Assembly: GCA_965116875.1 (NCBI GenBank)
Contig: OZ220733.1
Location: 1,792,001-1,856,000 of the forward strand
Direction: 5' to 3'
Length of the DNA stretch: 64,000 nt
Origin: Candidatus Latescibacterota bacterium
Lineage (GTDB): Bacteria; Latescibacterota; UBA2968; GCA-2709665
The position numbers and the translations under genes were made by a program. Of the stretch, positions 10,406 to 18,839 are shown in pieces. Position 1 is the stretch's first letter. Each line of letters opens with the position of its first letter. The notes beneath the pieces are model-generated. The model saw only the letters and a program-made list of their open reading frames with translations. It did not search any database and was not told the DNA's origin.

Positions 10406-10458
10406 AGCGACGAGACTTGATATCGGAAGGAATCCAATGTTGCCAAACTACAATGTAG
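10402..10458 (+). pseudogene. HicA toxin 5' remnant (MKRRDLI...)
   Basis: ATGA overlap with the hicB stop; the first 7 codons match a typical HicA start, then homology ends and a stop follows 18 codons in. Confidence 0.6.
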
Positions 10459-12116
10459 ACATGCAACTGGACGTGAAGGTCCCCATGCGCGACGGGATCA
10501 ACCTCTCGGCGGACATCTACCTGCCTCGCGCCCGCGGGAGATTCCCCACGGTCCTGATGCGCACGCCATACAGCAACAACGACGACGGGATGGTCGCAAA
10601 AGCCAGGCGCCTGGCCAATAACGGATACGCCTGCGTCCTTCAGGACTGCCGCGGGCGCTGGGACTCCGAAGGCGCCTATTATGCGTTTCGGGAAGGGGAA
10701 GACGGGTTTGACACGCATGAGTGGATCGGGAACCGGGAATGGTGCAGCGGCAGGATAGGCATGGCCGGCAGCTCCTACGGCGGCGCCGTACAGTGGCGCA
10801 GCGCGCCGTACGGCAGCCAATATCTCAAATGCATGACGCCCCGGGTCATCTGCACCGATTACTACACCGGGCTCGTCCACCCCGGCGGCGCATTCCAGCT
10901 CAACGTCATGCTCACCTGGGGGATGCGCACCAACGCCCGCACGGGCCAGACCATCGAGTTTCACAACTGGACCGAAGCCTTCCGCGCGCTGCCCCTCAAC
11001 AGAATGGACGAAGCCGCGGGCCGCGACGTCGCATTCTGGAAAGACTGGGTCGAGCACGACGCGTACGACGACTACTGGGAGGAATTCAACGACGAGACCC
11101 GCTGGGGGGATATTATGGCGCCGGCGTTCAACATGGGCGGCTGGTACGATCTCTACGCCGCCCAGACCTTCAGCAACTACAACGGCCTGCGTCAGAACGG
11201 CGGCTCCGAAGACGCGAAGAAAAGCAAGCTCATCGTCGGCCCGTGGCCGCACGCGCTCAGCACGTCGCCAAAGACCGGCGACGTCGACTTCGGGGCGCCT
11301 TCCATGGTGGACCTGGAAAGCCTCGAGCAACACTGGTTCGACTACTGGCTCAAAGGCATTGACAACGGTGTCGTAGACGAACCTCCGCTGAGGCTGTTCA
11401 TCATGGGGGTCAACCGGTGGCGGGATGAACACGAGTGGCCGCTTTCCCGGACGCTGTGGCAGAAGTGGCACCTGCATTCCGCCGGCCAGGCCAACACGCT
11501 CCTCGGCGACGGTTGTCTCTCTACCGATTCCCCGGGCGAGGAACGCCCCGATCGTTACACGTACGATCCGCGCTACCCGGCGCCGACCATGGGCGGCAAC
11601 AACTGCTGCTCACCCCATATCGTCCCCTGGGGGCCGCAGGACCAGCGCCCGGTGGAAATGCGCAGCGACGTGCTCTGTTACACCAGCGGACCCATGGAAG
11701 ACGACCTGGAAGTCACCGGTCCCATCCAGGTCGTACTCTACGCCGCCACCGACTGCACCGACACGGACTGGACCGCCAAGCTGGTGGACGTATCACCGTC
11801 CGGGTACGCCATGAACCTTTGCGACGGCATCCAGAGAGCCCGGTTTCGGGAAAGCCTTACCAGCCCATCTCTGATCGAGCCCGGAAACGTGTACGCCTAT
11901 GAGATCGACCTGGGTGTCACGGGAAACGTCTTCAAAAAGGACCACCGCATCCGCCTCGAGGTCTCGTCGTCGAACTTTCCCCGGTTCGACCGCAACCTCA
12001 ACACGGGCGGCTCTCTGGCAGGCGAAACCGAAATGCGCCAGGCCCATCAGACCGTCCATCACTCAAGACAATATCCGTCCCATATCGTCCTGCCGGTCAT
12101 CCCGGCAACGCGATAG
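10437..12116 (+). CDS. CocE/NonD family hydrolase (S15)
   Basis: VPMRDG, RTPY, QDCRGRWDSEG, GSSYGG nucleophile, GGWYD, IVGPWPH, SSSNFPRFDRN. Confidence 0.93.
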   Translation: MLPNYNVDMQLDVKVPMRDGINLSADIYLPRARGRFPTVLMRTPYSNNDDGMVAKARRLANNGYACVLQDCRGRWDSEGAYYAFREGEDGFDTHEWIGNREWCSGRIGMAGSSYGGAVQWRSAPYGSQYLKCMTPRVICTDYYTGLVHPGGAFQLNVMLTWGMRTNARTGQTIEFHNWTEAFRALPLNRMDEAAGRDVAFWKDWVEHDAYDDYWEEFNDETRWGDIMAPAFNMGGWYDLYAAQTFSNYNGLRQNGGSEDAKKSKLIVGPWPHALSTSPKTGDVDFGAPSMVDLESLEQHWFDYWLKGIDNGVVDEPPLRLFIMGVNRWRDEHEWPLSRTLWQKWHLHSAGQANTLLGDGCLSTDSPGEERPDRYTYDPRYPAPTMGGNNCCSPHIVPWGPQDQRPVEMRSDVLCYTSGPMEDDLEVTGPIQVVLYAATDCTDTDWTAKLVDVSPSGYAMNLCDGIQRARFRESLTSPSLIEPGNVYAYEIDLGVTGNVFKKDHRIRLEVSSSNFPRFDRNLNTGGSLAGETEMRQAHQTVHHSRQYPSHIVLPVIPATR

Positions 12117-12223
12117 CCGGCCTCAGTTCGAAACAAGACTGCCGTTGACTTGCCACAAATTGCACAGAAGGAATCGGTGCGAAACGGCGCGCGCGTTCCC
12201 TGACGCGAAGAGGATCTTCCGAT

Positions 12224-13612
12224 ATGCCAGATCCCTGTCTCCTCATTTCCATTCCCGACAAGAGCTTCGGCTTCGTGCCCTGCCGGCGGGTCTCCATCGA
12301 CGTCCATGTGATCGGGCTGGACAAACAGACGGTGCGCGTCCGGCTCGCGATCAACGATCCCCTGGGCACAACGCGGTACGCATCCGGAGAGGTCAACCGG
12401 GACCTGGACGACGGGCACGCCGTTCTCCCGTTCGAGTGCGGCCTCGAATCCGATTTTCAGGCGGGTACCCATCTCGTCACGGCGCAGGTCCACTCTAGGG
12501 CGCAGAACTTCAGAGCCATCGCCACCGAATCGTTTGACGTGGTCGTTCCCGGCCGCCGCCTGGCCGACGGCTTTCCGGTTGCGCCCCGAGACCGCATCAT
12601 CGATGCGAACTACGCCTTCGACGCGACAGACCCCGAAACGCTGGATGCGGCGTTCCGGACGGCGCATGCCGAATGCGAAGCGTGCCGCAACCCGGACGGC
12701 GGCTGGGGTACGGTCCCGGATGCGGAGAAGCCCGCGTACCGCTGGCCCTCGGACGTCATCCTGGGTTATCTGTACGGCTACGAAGCGCTGGGCGACGAGC
12801 AGTACCGGAAGCTGGCTGTCGACGGCCTGGACTATCTCCTTGCGGAGCAGGACGAGAACGGCGCCTTCCGCTGGTGGTACAAGGGCGTTCCCGGCGGCGT
12901 GATGAACCAGCGCGACAACTTCTACGATACGGGCTGGGCGGGGCTGGCCCTTGCGGAGGGCTTTCGGGTTACCGGAAAGGAGGAATACCTCAACGCCGTT
13001 CGAAGGGCCGCGGACTGGACGACGTCCTGCCCCTTTACCGGGAACAACAACTACGATGCCTTCGCGCTCTGGTTTCTATCCCTGCTGTACGCGTTCACCG
13101 GAGAAGAAAGTTACCTCGAGACGGCCATCTGGCGGACCCGCGGCGGCGTCTTCTTCGCGCAGCTGCCCCGGGGGGGCTGGCCGGGTCACAACTTCCATAT
13201 CGGCTATCAGTCCATTACCGCGAACGGCTTCGCCTCGCTGTACGACGTTCTCCCCATCGATCATCCATTTTCCGATTCACTCAGGGACCGCCTCTGCGCG
13301 GCCCTCAATTTCACCACGTTCCTTCAGACGCGCACGGGAGACTATTGCATGGGCTGGGAATACGACCGGGAATTTCGTATCGACAGCGCAGGCACGCCCA
13401 CGGGGACCATGATTCCCGCCCGGTCGGAACTCGTTCGCGCCTTCTACAAGACCCGCAACCGCATCGAAGTGCCCGGTAATATCTTCAATGGGCTCTGTCG
13501 TTCCACCACAGGTAGAATCGAATCCCTCAAGGACCGCTCCGATCACAGCAAGTCAGACTCCATTTACCTGATGGACATCGGCACCCTCCTCAAATGGCGC
13601 CACAACAAATAA
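12224..13612 (+). CDS. Uncharacterised protein with a probable alpha/alpha-toroid domain
   Basis: RNPDGGWG, DYLLAEQDENGAF, QLPRGGWPGHN repeats after an Ig-like N-terminus. Confidence 0.55.
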   Translation: MPDPCLLISIPDKSFGFVPCRRVSIDVHVIGLDKQTVRVRLAINDPLGTTRYASGEVNRDLDDGHAVLPFECGLESDFQAGTHLVTAQVHSRAQNFRAIATESFDVVVPGRRLADGFPVAPRDRIIDANYAFDATDPETLDAAFRTAHAECEACRNPDGGWGTVPDAEKPAYRWPSDVILGYLYGYEALGDEQYRKLAVDGLDYLLAEQDENGAFRWWYKGVPGGVMNQRDNFYDTGWAGLALAEGFRVTGKEEYLNAVRRAADWTTSCPFTGNNNYDAFALWFLSLLYAFTGEESYLETAIWRTRGGVFFAQLPRGGWPGHNFHIGYQSITANGFASLYDVLPIDHPFSDSLRDRLCAALNFTTFLQTRTGDYCMGWEYDREFRIDSAGTPTGTMIPARSELVRAFYKTRNRIEVPGNIFNGLCRSTTGRIESLKDRSDHSKSDSIYLMDIGTLLKWRHNK

Positions 13613-13636
13613 GAAGCTGTATTAAAATTACCGGGG
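13613..13636 (+). mobile_element. MITE family A left-end remnant
   Basis: TAA-GAAGCTGTATTAAAATTACCGG matches the end of the 41778 element. Confidence 0.65.
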
Positions 13637-13676
13637 AGACGATCGGTATCCCGCGCATCCAGTTGTCGAGTCGCAT

Positions 13677-14573
13677 CTATCTGGGTACAACTTCAATTTC
13701 GAACAGCTTCGGCCATCGTTTTCCGGTCACGAACAGGCGCTTCCCGTCCCCGTCATACGCGATTCCGTTCAACGCGGCATCCGCGCCGAGTCGTTCCCGC
13801 CCGGGCAGCAGCCCGGCCAGGTCGATCCAGCCCACCACCCTGCCGGATTCCGGGTCGATCCTCGCGATCAGGTCCGATTCCCAGACATTGGCGTAGATTT
13901 CACCCTCGACGTATTCCAGTTCATTCAGCCGGGTCACCGGACCCATCTCGTCCCGGACCTCCACCCGCCCCATCTCCTTGAACGTCTCCGGATCCCTGAA
14001 ATACAGGGTCGGCGTCCCATCGCTCACAATCAACCGCCGGCCATCGTTTGTGATCCCCCACCCCTCGGAGGTATAGGTGAACGACCGAACGCGTTCGAAT
14101 GTCTCCCTGCTGTAGACGAATCCGGTCCGCGCCACCCAGGTCAACTGGAGGATGCGATTACCGAAGATCGTAATCCCTTCCCCAAAATACCGGGACTCCA
14201 GCATCTTGATCCGCGTGACCTGGCCGGTTTCCAGCACGACCTCGCGTAATGAAGACCTCCCGTAAAGCCCCGTTCCCTCGTACAGAAGGCCTCGTTCATA
14301 AACCAACCCCTGGGTAAACGCGCCGTGATCGTGGGGATACGTGTTTATTACGCGGTACGTGTACGACCGCGGTTTCCAGGCCGCGCTTGAATCCGCATGC
14401 GATGCCGCTCGAGAATCCGGCAAAGCCTGCCGGGCGGCAACCTGATCGATTGCAAGTGGAACCGTCAGAATCGACGCGGCGGAAAGGGCCAGAACGATTC
14501 CCGGCAGATCGCGCAGGCGCGGGACAGTCTTCAAAGGCGAATGACGGGTTCCGTTCAGGGACCGTGAGGTCAT
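13677..14573 (-). CDS. Glutaminyl-peptide cyclotransferase (glutamine cyclotransferase)
   Basis: YPHDHGAFTQGL, YEGTGLYGRS, FGEGIT, EGWGIT, LNELE, LNGIAYD, VTGKRW. Confidence 0.93.
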   Translation of the reverse strand: MTSRSLNGTRHSPLKTVPRLRDLPGIVLALSAASILTVPLAIDQVAARQALPDSRAASHADSSAAWKPRSYTYRVINTYPHDHGAFTQGLVYERGLLYEGTGLYGRSSLREVVLETGQVTRIKMLESRYFGEGITIFGNRILQLTWVARTGFVYSRETFERVRSFTYTSEGWGITNDGRRLIVSDGTPTLYFRDPETFKEMGRVEVRDEMGPVTRLNELEYVEGEIYANVWESDLIARIDPESGRVVGWIDLAGLLPGRERLGADAALNGIAYDGDGKRLFVTGKRWPKLFEIEVVPR

Positions 14574-14615
14574 TACACTCGGTTTCTTTGTCTGATCTCA
14601 TTCGTCGCTGAATTC

Positions 14616-14643
14616 GTAGGGGCGACCGGCCGGTCGCCCCTAC
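14616..14643. repeat. GTAG-type REP palindrome
   Basis: GTAGGGGCGACCGGCCGGTCGCCCCTAC is a perfect palindrome; relatives at 51228 and 60813/60894. Confidence 0.8.
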
Positions 14644-14678
14644 AAAAACCTTGCATCCGTGAATTGACATCGCCGCTT

Positions 14679-15131
14679 TTAGGCTTTTCCGGCTGCCTTC
14701 TGAGGCGCAGATGGATCGCCTTCAATCCACTCTTCGCCGTCCGTCCATACTTCCTTCTTCCAGATCGGCACGGTTTCCTTCAGCCGGTCGATCGCGTAAT
14801 GACAGGCTTCCAGTGCCGCCTTGCGGTGCGGCGCGGAAATCGCGATCAGCACGCTGGTCTCGCCGATCTCCAATCGCCCCACGCGATGGAGCATGCCCAC
14901 CCGGTCCACCTCCCACCTCGCCTTCACTTCCCGGCCGATTGCTTCCATCTTCTTTTCGGCCATCTCCCTGTAGGCATCGTACACCAGATAGCTCGTCCTG
15001 CGGCCCATCGAATGGTCTCGCACCACGCCCGCGAAGGTCGCCACCGCGCCATTCGAATCTCTCAGCACGGCGTCGTGCAGCGCGTCGGCCGATATGGTTC
15101 CTTCCTGGATGCGGTAAAGATCACCTGACAT
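14679..15131 (-). CDS. moaE: Molybdopterin synthase catalytic subunit
   Basis: GAVATFAGVVRD, HRVGRLEIGE, APHR, LKETVPIWKKE. Start MSGDLY after RBS GGAGAAG. Confidence 0.93.
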   Translation of the reverse strand: MSGDLYRIQEGTISADALHDAVLRDSNGAVATFAGVVRDHSMGRRTSYLVYDAYREMAEKKMEAIGREVKARWEVDRVGMLHRVGRLEIGETSVLIAISAPHRKAALEACHYAIDRLKETVPIWKKEVWTDGEEWIEGDPSAPQKAAGKA

Positions 15132-15423
15132 GCGGTCTCTTCTCCTGCGATCTGGCTTTTGACGCGCAGCCCGCCGGGGCTCCCCCGCTGACCGGCGGAA
15201 TAAACGCCACCTCGTCCCCATCATTCAGCCGCCGGGTCCGATCCACGTACGCCTGGTTGACAGACACCATCAGGCTGGCTTCCATTTCCTTCAGCCGGGG
15301 ATGTTCTTCCGCCAGCCGCGCGAACAGGTCAGTAACGCGTGCGCGATCGGGCAGCGATATCGATGCCTCAGGCGTCCCGACCAGGTCCCTGCACGACGCG
15401 AAAAACAAGACCTTGACCTCCAT
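15121..15423 (-). CDS. moaD: MoaD/ThiS sulfur carrier with a 19-residue tail after the GG motif
   Basis: MEVKVLFFA...DGDEVAFIPPVSGG followed by APAGCASKARSQEKRPHVR. Confidence 0.88.
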   Translation of the reverse strand: MEVKVLFFASCRDLVGTPEASISLPDRARVTDLFARLAEEHPRLKEMEASLMVSVNQAYVDRTRRLNDGDEVAFIPPVSGGAPAGCASKARSQEKRPHVR

Positions 15424-15476
15424 ATTCCTTCTCCAACCCTTTGTTGGTTGAACCCGCCGGGGGAGGGGTTGTTTCG

Positions 15477-16469
15477 TCAACGCACCCGCCTGAGCCTGGT
15501 ATTTTCCGTCACCCCCGGCCTCCGTCCCCGCTTCGAAACGGGCCGCCGTCCCACGGCCTTGATATCGGACGTAAAGTCGATGGGAGACGCTCCGCTGATT
15601 GCGCTGCCCACGCCGAACCCGTCCACCGCGGACCCTGCCGCTGCGAACTCCCGGATGCGCTCCGGCGTCATTCCGCCGCTCACGTATATCTTCACCTGCC
15701 GATGCCCCGCGCGATCCAGCCCGTTTCGAACCCGGCTCACGAGATCGGGCGTCACACCACCCAGTTCAGAGGGCGTGTCCAGACGCACGCCCTGCAGCCG
15801 TCCGCCCATCTCCCGGGCCAGCCGCACACTCTCCTCCGCTTCGTCCATAAATGTATCCACCAGCACGAGCCGCCCGATCGATTCGGGCATGTGCCGGTCG
15901 AAGGCCTGGGCCGCCGTAAGCGTGTCACCCATGATCAACATCAGCGCGTGCGGCATGGTGCCCGTTGGATCGCGGCCGGCCAGCCGCGCCCCCGCCGGTG
16001 TGGCGCAACCTGAACACCCGCCAACGAGGGCCGAGTATTCCATTGCGTCCGAAATCGCCGGATGGACGTGCCGCGCGCCGAAGCTGATCACCGGAATTCC
16101 CTCTGCAGCCTCCACGCATTCCCGCGCCGCCGTCGCCCAGCCGCTCTTCTGGGCGAGCGTACCGAGATAGGCGGTCTCGTAGATGCCGAAGCCGCTGTAA
16201 CGCGCCTGTATCCGGAGAACGACTTCCTTTCGGGACATCGGCTCACCCTCGCCCAGCGCCCAGACTGACGCATCCTCAGGCAAGACTTCAGCCAGATTCC
16301 CGAGGACCTCCGTCATGCCGCAGAGCGTACCGTCCCCGTTCGGAAACACCTCCATCGTAACAACCGGATCGATCCCCTCCCGCGACAACACCTCTCGGGT
16401 ATTCAAAAAGTAGAGATCGGCCCGGTTTTCGTCAAAAAAGGCCCTGTCCGGCAGCATTGGCTGGTCCAA
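15477..16469 (-). CDS. pncB: Nicotinate phosphoribosyltransferase (short, archaeal-like type)
   Basis: DLYFLNT, SFGARHVHP, GTMPHAL, LVDTF, GVRLDTP, SGG, GFGVGS, SKRG. Confidence 0.85.
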   Translation of the reverse strand: MDQPMLPDRAFFDENRADLYFLNTREVLSREGIDPVVTMEVFPNGDGTLCGMTEVLGNLAEVLPEDASVWALGEGEPMSRKEVVLRIQARYSGFGIYETAYLGTLAQKSGWATAARECVEAAEGIPVISFGARHVHPAISDAMEYSALVGGCSGCATPAGARLAGRDPTGTMPHALMLIMGDTLTAAQAFDRHMPESIGRLVLVDTFMDEAEESVRLAREMGGRLQGVRLDTPSELGGVTPDLVSRVRNGLDRAGHRQVKIYVSGGMTPERIREFAAAGSAVDGFGVGSAISGASPIDFTSDIKAVGRRPVSKRGRRPGVTENTRLRRVR

Positions 16470-16533
16470 TCGACGTGTCTCCCGCCGCGGTATGACCAGG
16501 CGACCACGCTTCCCGCATCCCTGCGCTGCATCG

Positions 16534-17364
16534 TTACCGTCTTCCGGCCTCGAGGCGTTCCCTCATCGCCTCCACGTAGGACGCGGGCACATCCACGGTC
16601 CCGATGATCGGATCCCCCCTGCCGTCGCCGTGGCAATCGGACCCGCCCGTGCACAGGAGGTTGTTGTCCGATGCAATCTTCGAATATCTGGCGACCTGTG
16701 AGGCATTGTGCTTCGTGTGCCGCACCTCGATACCGTCCAGCCCGGCGGATACCATGCCCGGTATCAGGTCGTCCCGTCGATACAGCCCGGGGTGAGCAAG
16801 ACTCGCCAGCCCGCCCGCGGCCCGGATCACCTGAATCGCACGGGACGGCGACTGCGAATATTTGCCGACATAGGCCGGCTTCGAATACCCCAGGTATCTG
16901 TGGAACGCTTCGTCGACCGAAGAAACAAGGCCTTCTTCCACCATCACATCGGCGATATGGGGACGTCCTATCGCGCCCGGTCCCGCCCTGGCCAGGACCT
17001 GCTCGAGAGGCACGCGCAAGCCCAAACGATTCAGCTTTCTCACGATTCCTTCCGCCCGCTGCAACCTGGCCTGTCGAAACGTGTCGAGCCACGAGATCAG
17101 ATCCGGGTGATCCGGGTCGATGAAGTACCCCAGAATGTGAACGTCGGCGCCTTCGTTGCTGGCGCTCAACTCCGTTCCCGCAATCACTTCGACACCCAGC
17201 CGTGCGCCTTCCTCCTGCGCCTCCAATACACCCCCGGTCGAGTCGTGATCCGTCAAACTGATCACGCTGAGTCCGGCTTCCGCGGCCCGCCGAACCACTT
17301 CCCGGGGCGTGAATGTCCCGTCGGAGTTCGTCGAGTGCAGATGCAGATCAATACGCTGGTTCAA
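16534..17364 (-). CDS. PHP-domain protein (TrpH/YciV-like)
   Basis: DLHLHSTNSDG, LTDHD, HILGY, GRPHIA, LAHPG, GGSDCHG. Confidence 0.92.
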   Translation of the reverse strand: MNQRIDLHLHSTNSDGTFTPREVVRRAAEAGLSVISLTDHDSTGGVLEAQEEGARLGVEVIAGTELSASNEGADVHILGYFIDPDHPDLISWLDTFRQARLQRAEGIVRKLNRLGLRVPLEQVLARAGPGAIGRPHIADVMVEEGLVSSVDEAFHRYLGYSKPAYVGKYSQSPSRAIQVIRAAGGLASLAHPGLYRRDDLIPGMVSAGLDGIEVRHTKHNASQVARYSKIASDNNLLCTGGSDCHGDGRGDPIIGTVDVPASYVEAMRERLEAGRR

Positions 17365-17933
17365 GGCCCGGCTTTCGAATTGTCCACGGGGACCGGATCC
17401 ACATAGATCAGCCCGCGCTTCTGGCGGCTGCCTTCCCGTTTCAACGCGACGAGTTGGCTGCGCAGAAGGTTCCGTTTGATTGCGCTGAAATGGTCCGTCA
17501 CCAGAACGCCGTTCAGGTGATCCACCTCATGCTGAACCGCACGTGCGGCAATATCCGACATCGTCCCGCTGAAGGCGTTGCCATCCCGGTCAAGGGCGTC
17601 AACCCGGACCTGCGCCCGGCGGTTGACGTCTCCCACAATCCCCGGCAGGCTCAGGCACCCCTCTTCACCGACGACCTCGCCCTCATCCTGGCTCAGCTCC
17701 GGGTTGATCAACACCGTTGCCTCGGCCTCAGGATCTCCCGGGCTGACGTCCAGAACCACGACACGCAGGCTTACGCCCACCTGGGGCGCCGCAAGCCCGA
17801 TCCCCTCCGCCGCGTACATGGTCTCGAACATATCGTCCACGAGGGCACGCACCTCTTCCGTAACCGCTTCAACCGGCCGCGCCTTCCTTCTGAGTGTCGG
17901 GCAGCCGAATTTCTTGATTTCGAGCAGTGCCAC
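17361..17933 (-). CDS. def: Peptide deformylase
   Basis: GIGLAAPQ, EGCLS, QHEVDHLNG. Confidence 0.97.
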   Translation of the reverse strand: MALLEIKKFGCPTLRRKARPVEAVTEEVRALVDDMFETMYAAEGIGLAAPQVGVSLRVVVLDVSPGDPEAEATVLINPELSQDEGEVVGEEGCLSLPGIVGDVNRRAQVRVDALDRDGNAFSGTMSDIAARAVQHEVDHLNGVLVTDHFSAIKRNLLRSQLVALKREGSRQKRGLIYVDPVPVDNSKAGP

Positions 17934-17963
17934 TGATCAGGTCCCGTATGTCTTAGATGCCGT

Positions 17964-18839
17964 TCACCTGTCCTGGATGTTCAGAAACGTCTCGTTCAAA
18001 CTTCCGCTGCGGTATCCCTGCATATCCAGCGTAACGTATCGATATCCGATTTCCTTCAGATGCGCCACCACCCGTTCGACGAGTCCGTCCATGAAAAACC
18101 GGCCGATCTCCGCGGGTGAAACTTCGATGCGCGCAATGTCGTCATGGTGCCTCACCCGCACCGGGCTGAATCCCAGCGTCTTGAGGAACGCCTCGGCCCG
18201 GTCGACCATTGACAGCGCTTCCACGGTCACGGGAGTACCATAGGAAATGCGGGACGACAGGCAGGCCGACGCCGGACGATCCCAGGCGGGCAAACCCCAG
18301 GCTCTGGACAACAGGCGGATATCCTCTTTTGTCAGGCCCGTCTCCACCATGGGGGCCCGCACCCCCCGGTCACGTGCGGCCGTCATTCCCGGCCTGAAGT
18401 CTCCCACGTCGTCCGCGATGGCCCCGTAAATCAGAAACCGATACCGGCCCTCATATTTTTCGAGAACTTCATCCAGCTTGTCGGCCAGCGCCGTTTTGCA
18501 ATGATAGCATCGGTCGGGCTCGTTTTTTACATAGTCCGGGTTCTCCATTTCCCGGGTGTGCACCACTTCCATCGAAATGCCGATCCGGCCCGCGAGAGCC
18601 CGCGCGTTCTCGAGTTCCCCGGTGGCGTAGCTGGCCGAAACCGCGGTCACCGCGAGCGCTTTCGTTCCCAGCACCCGGTGCGCCGCCGCCGCAAGAAACG
18701 TGCTGTCCACGCCCCCGGAGAACGCCACGACCACGCTCCCCATATCCTGGAGAAGCTTCTCGAGCCGGCGCAGTTTTTCTTCGGCCTCCAAGAGCCCCGA
18801 CCGGGCGCCTTCGTCCGTATGTCGTTCCACCGCTGACAT
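17964..18839 (-). CDS. larE: LarE-family ATP-dependent sulfur transferase
   Basis: PP-loop AFSGGVDS, RCYHCK, DFRPG, ACLSSRI, GYRSGSLN. Confidence 0.92.
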   Translation of the reverse strand: MSAVERHTDEGARSGLLEAEEKLRRLEKLLQDMGSVVVAFSGGVDSTFLAAAAHRVLGTKALAVTAVSASYATGELENARALAGRIGISMEVVHTREMENPDYVKNEPDRCYHCKTALADKLDEVLEKYEGRYRFLIYGAIADDVGDFRPGMTAARDRGVRAPMVETGLTKEDIRLLSRAWGLPAWDRPASACLSSRISYGTPVTVEALSMVDRAEAFLKTLGFSPVRVRHHDDIARIEVSPAEIGRFFMDGLVERVVAHLKEIGYRYVTLDMQGYRSGSLNETFLNIQDR

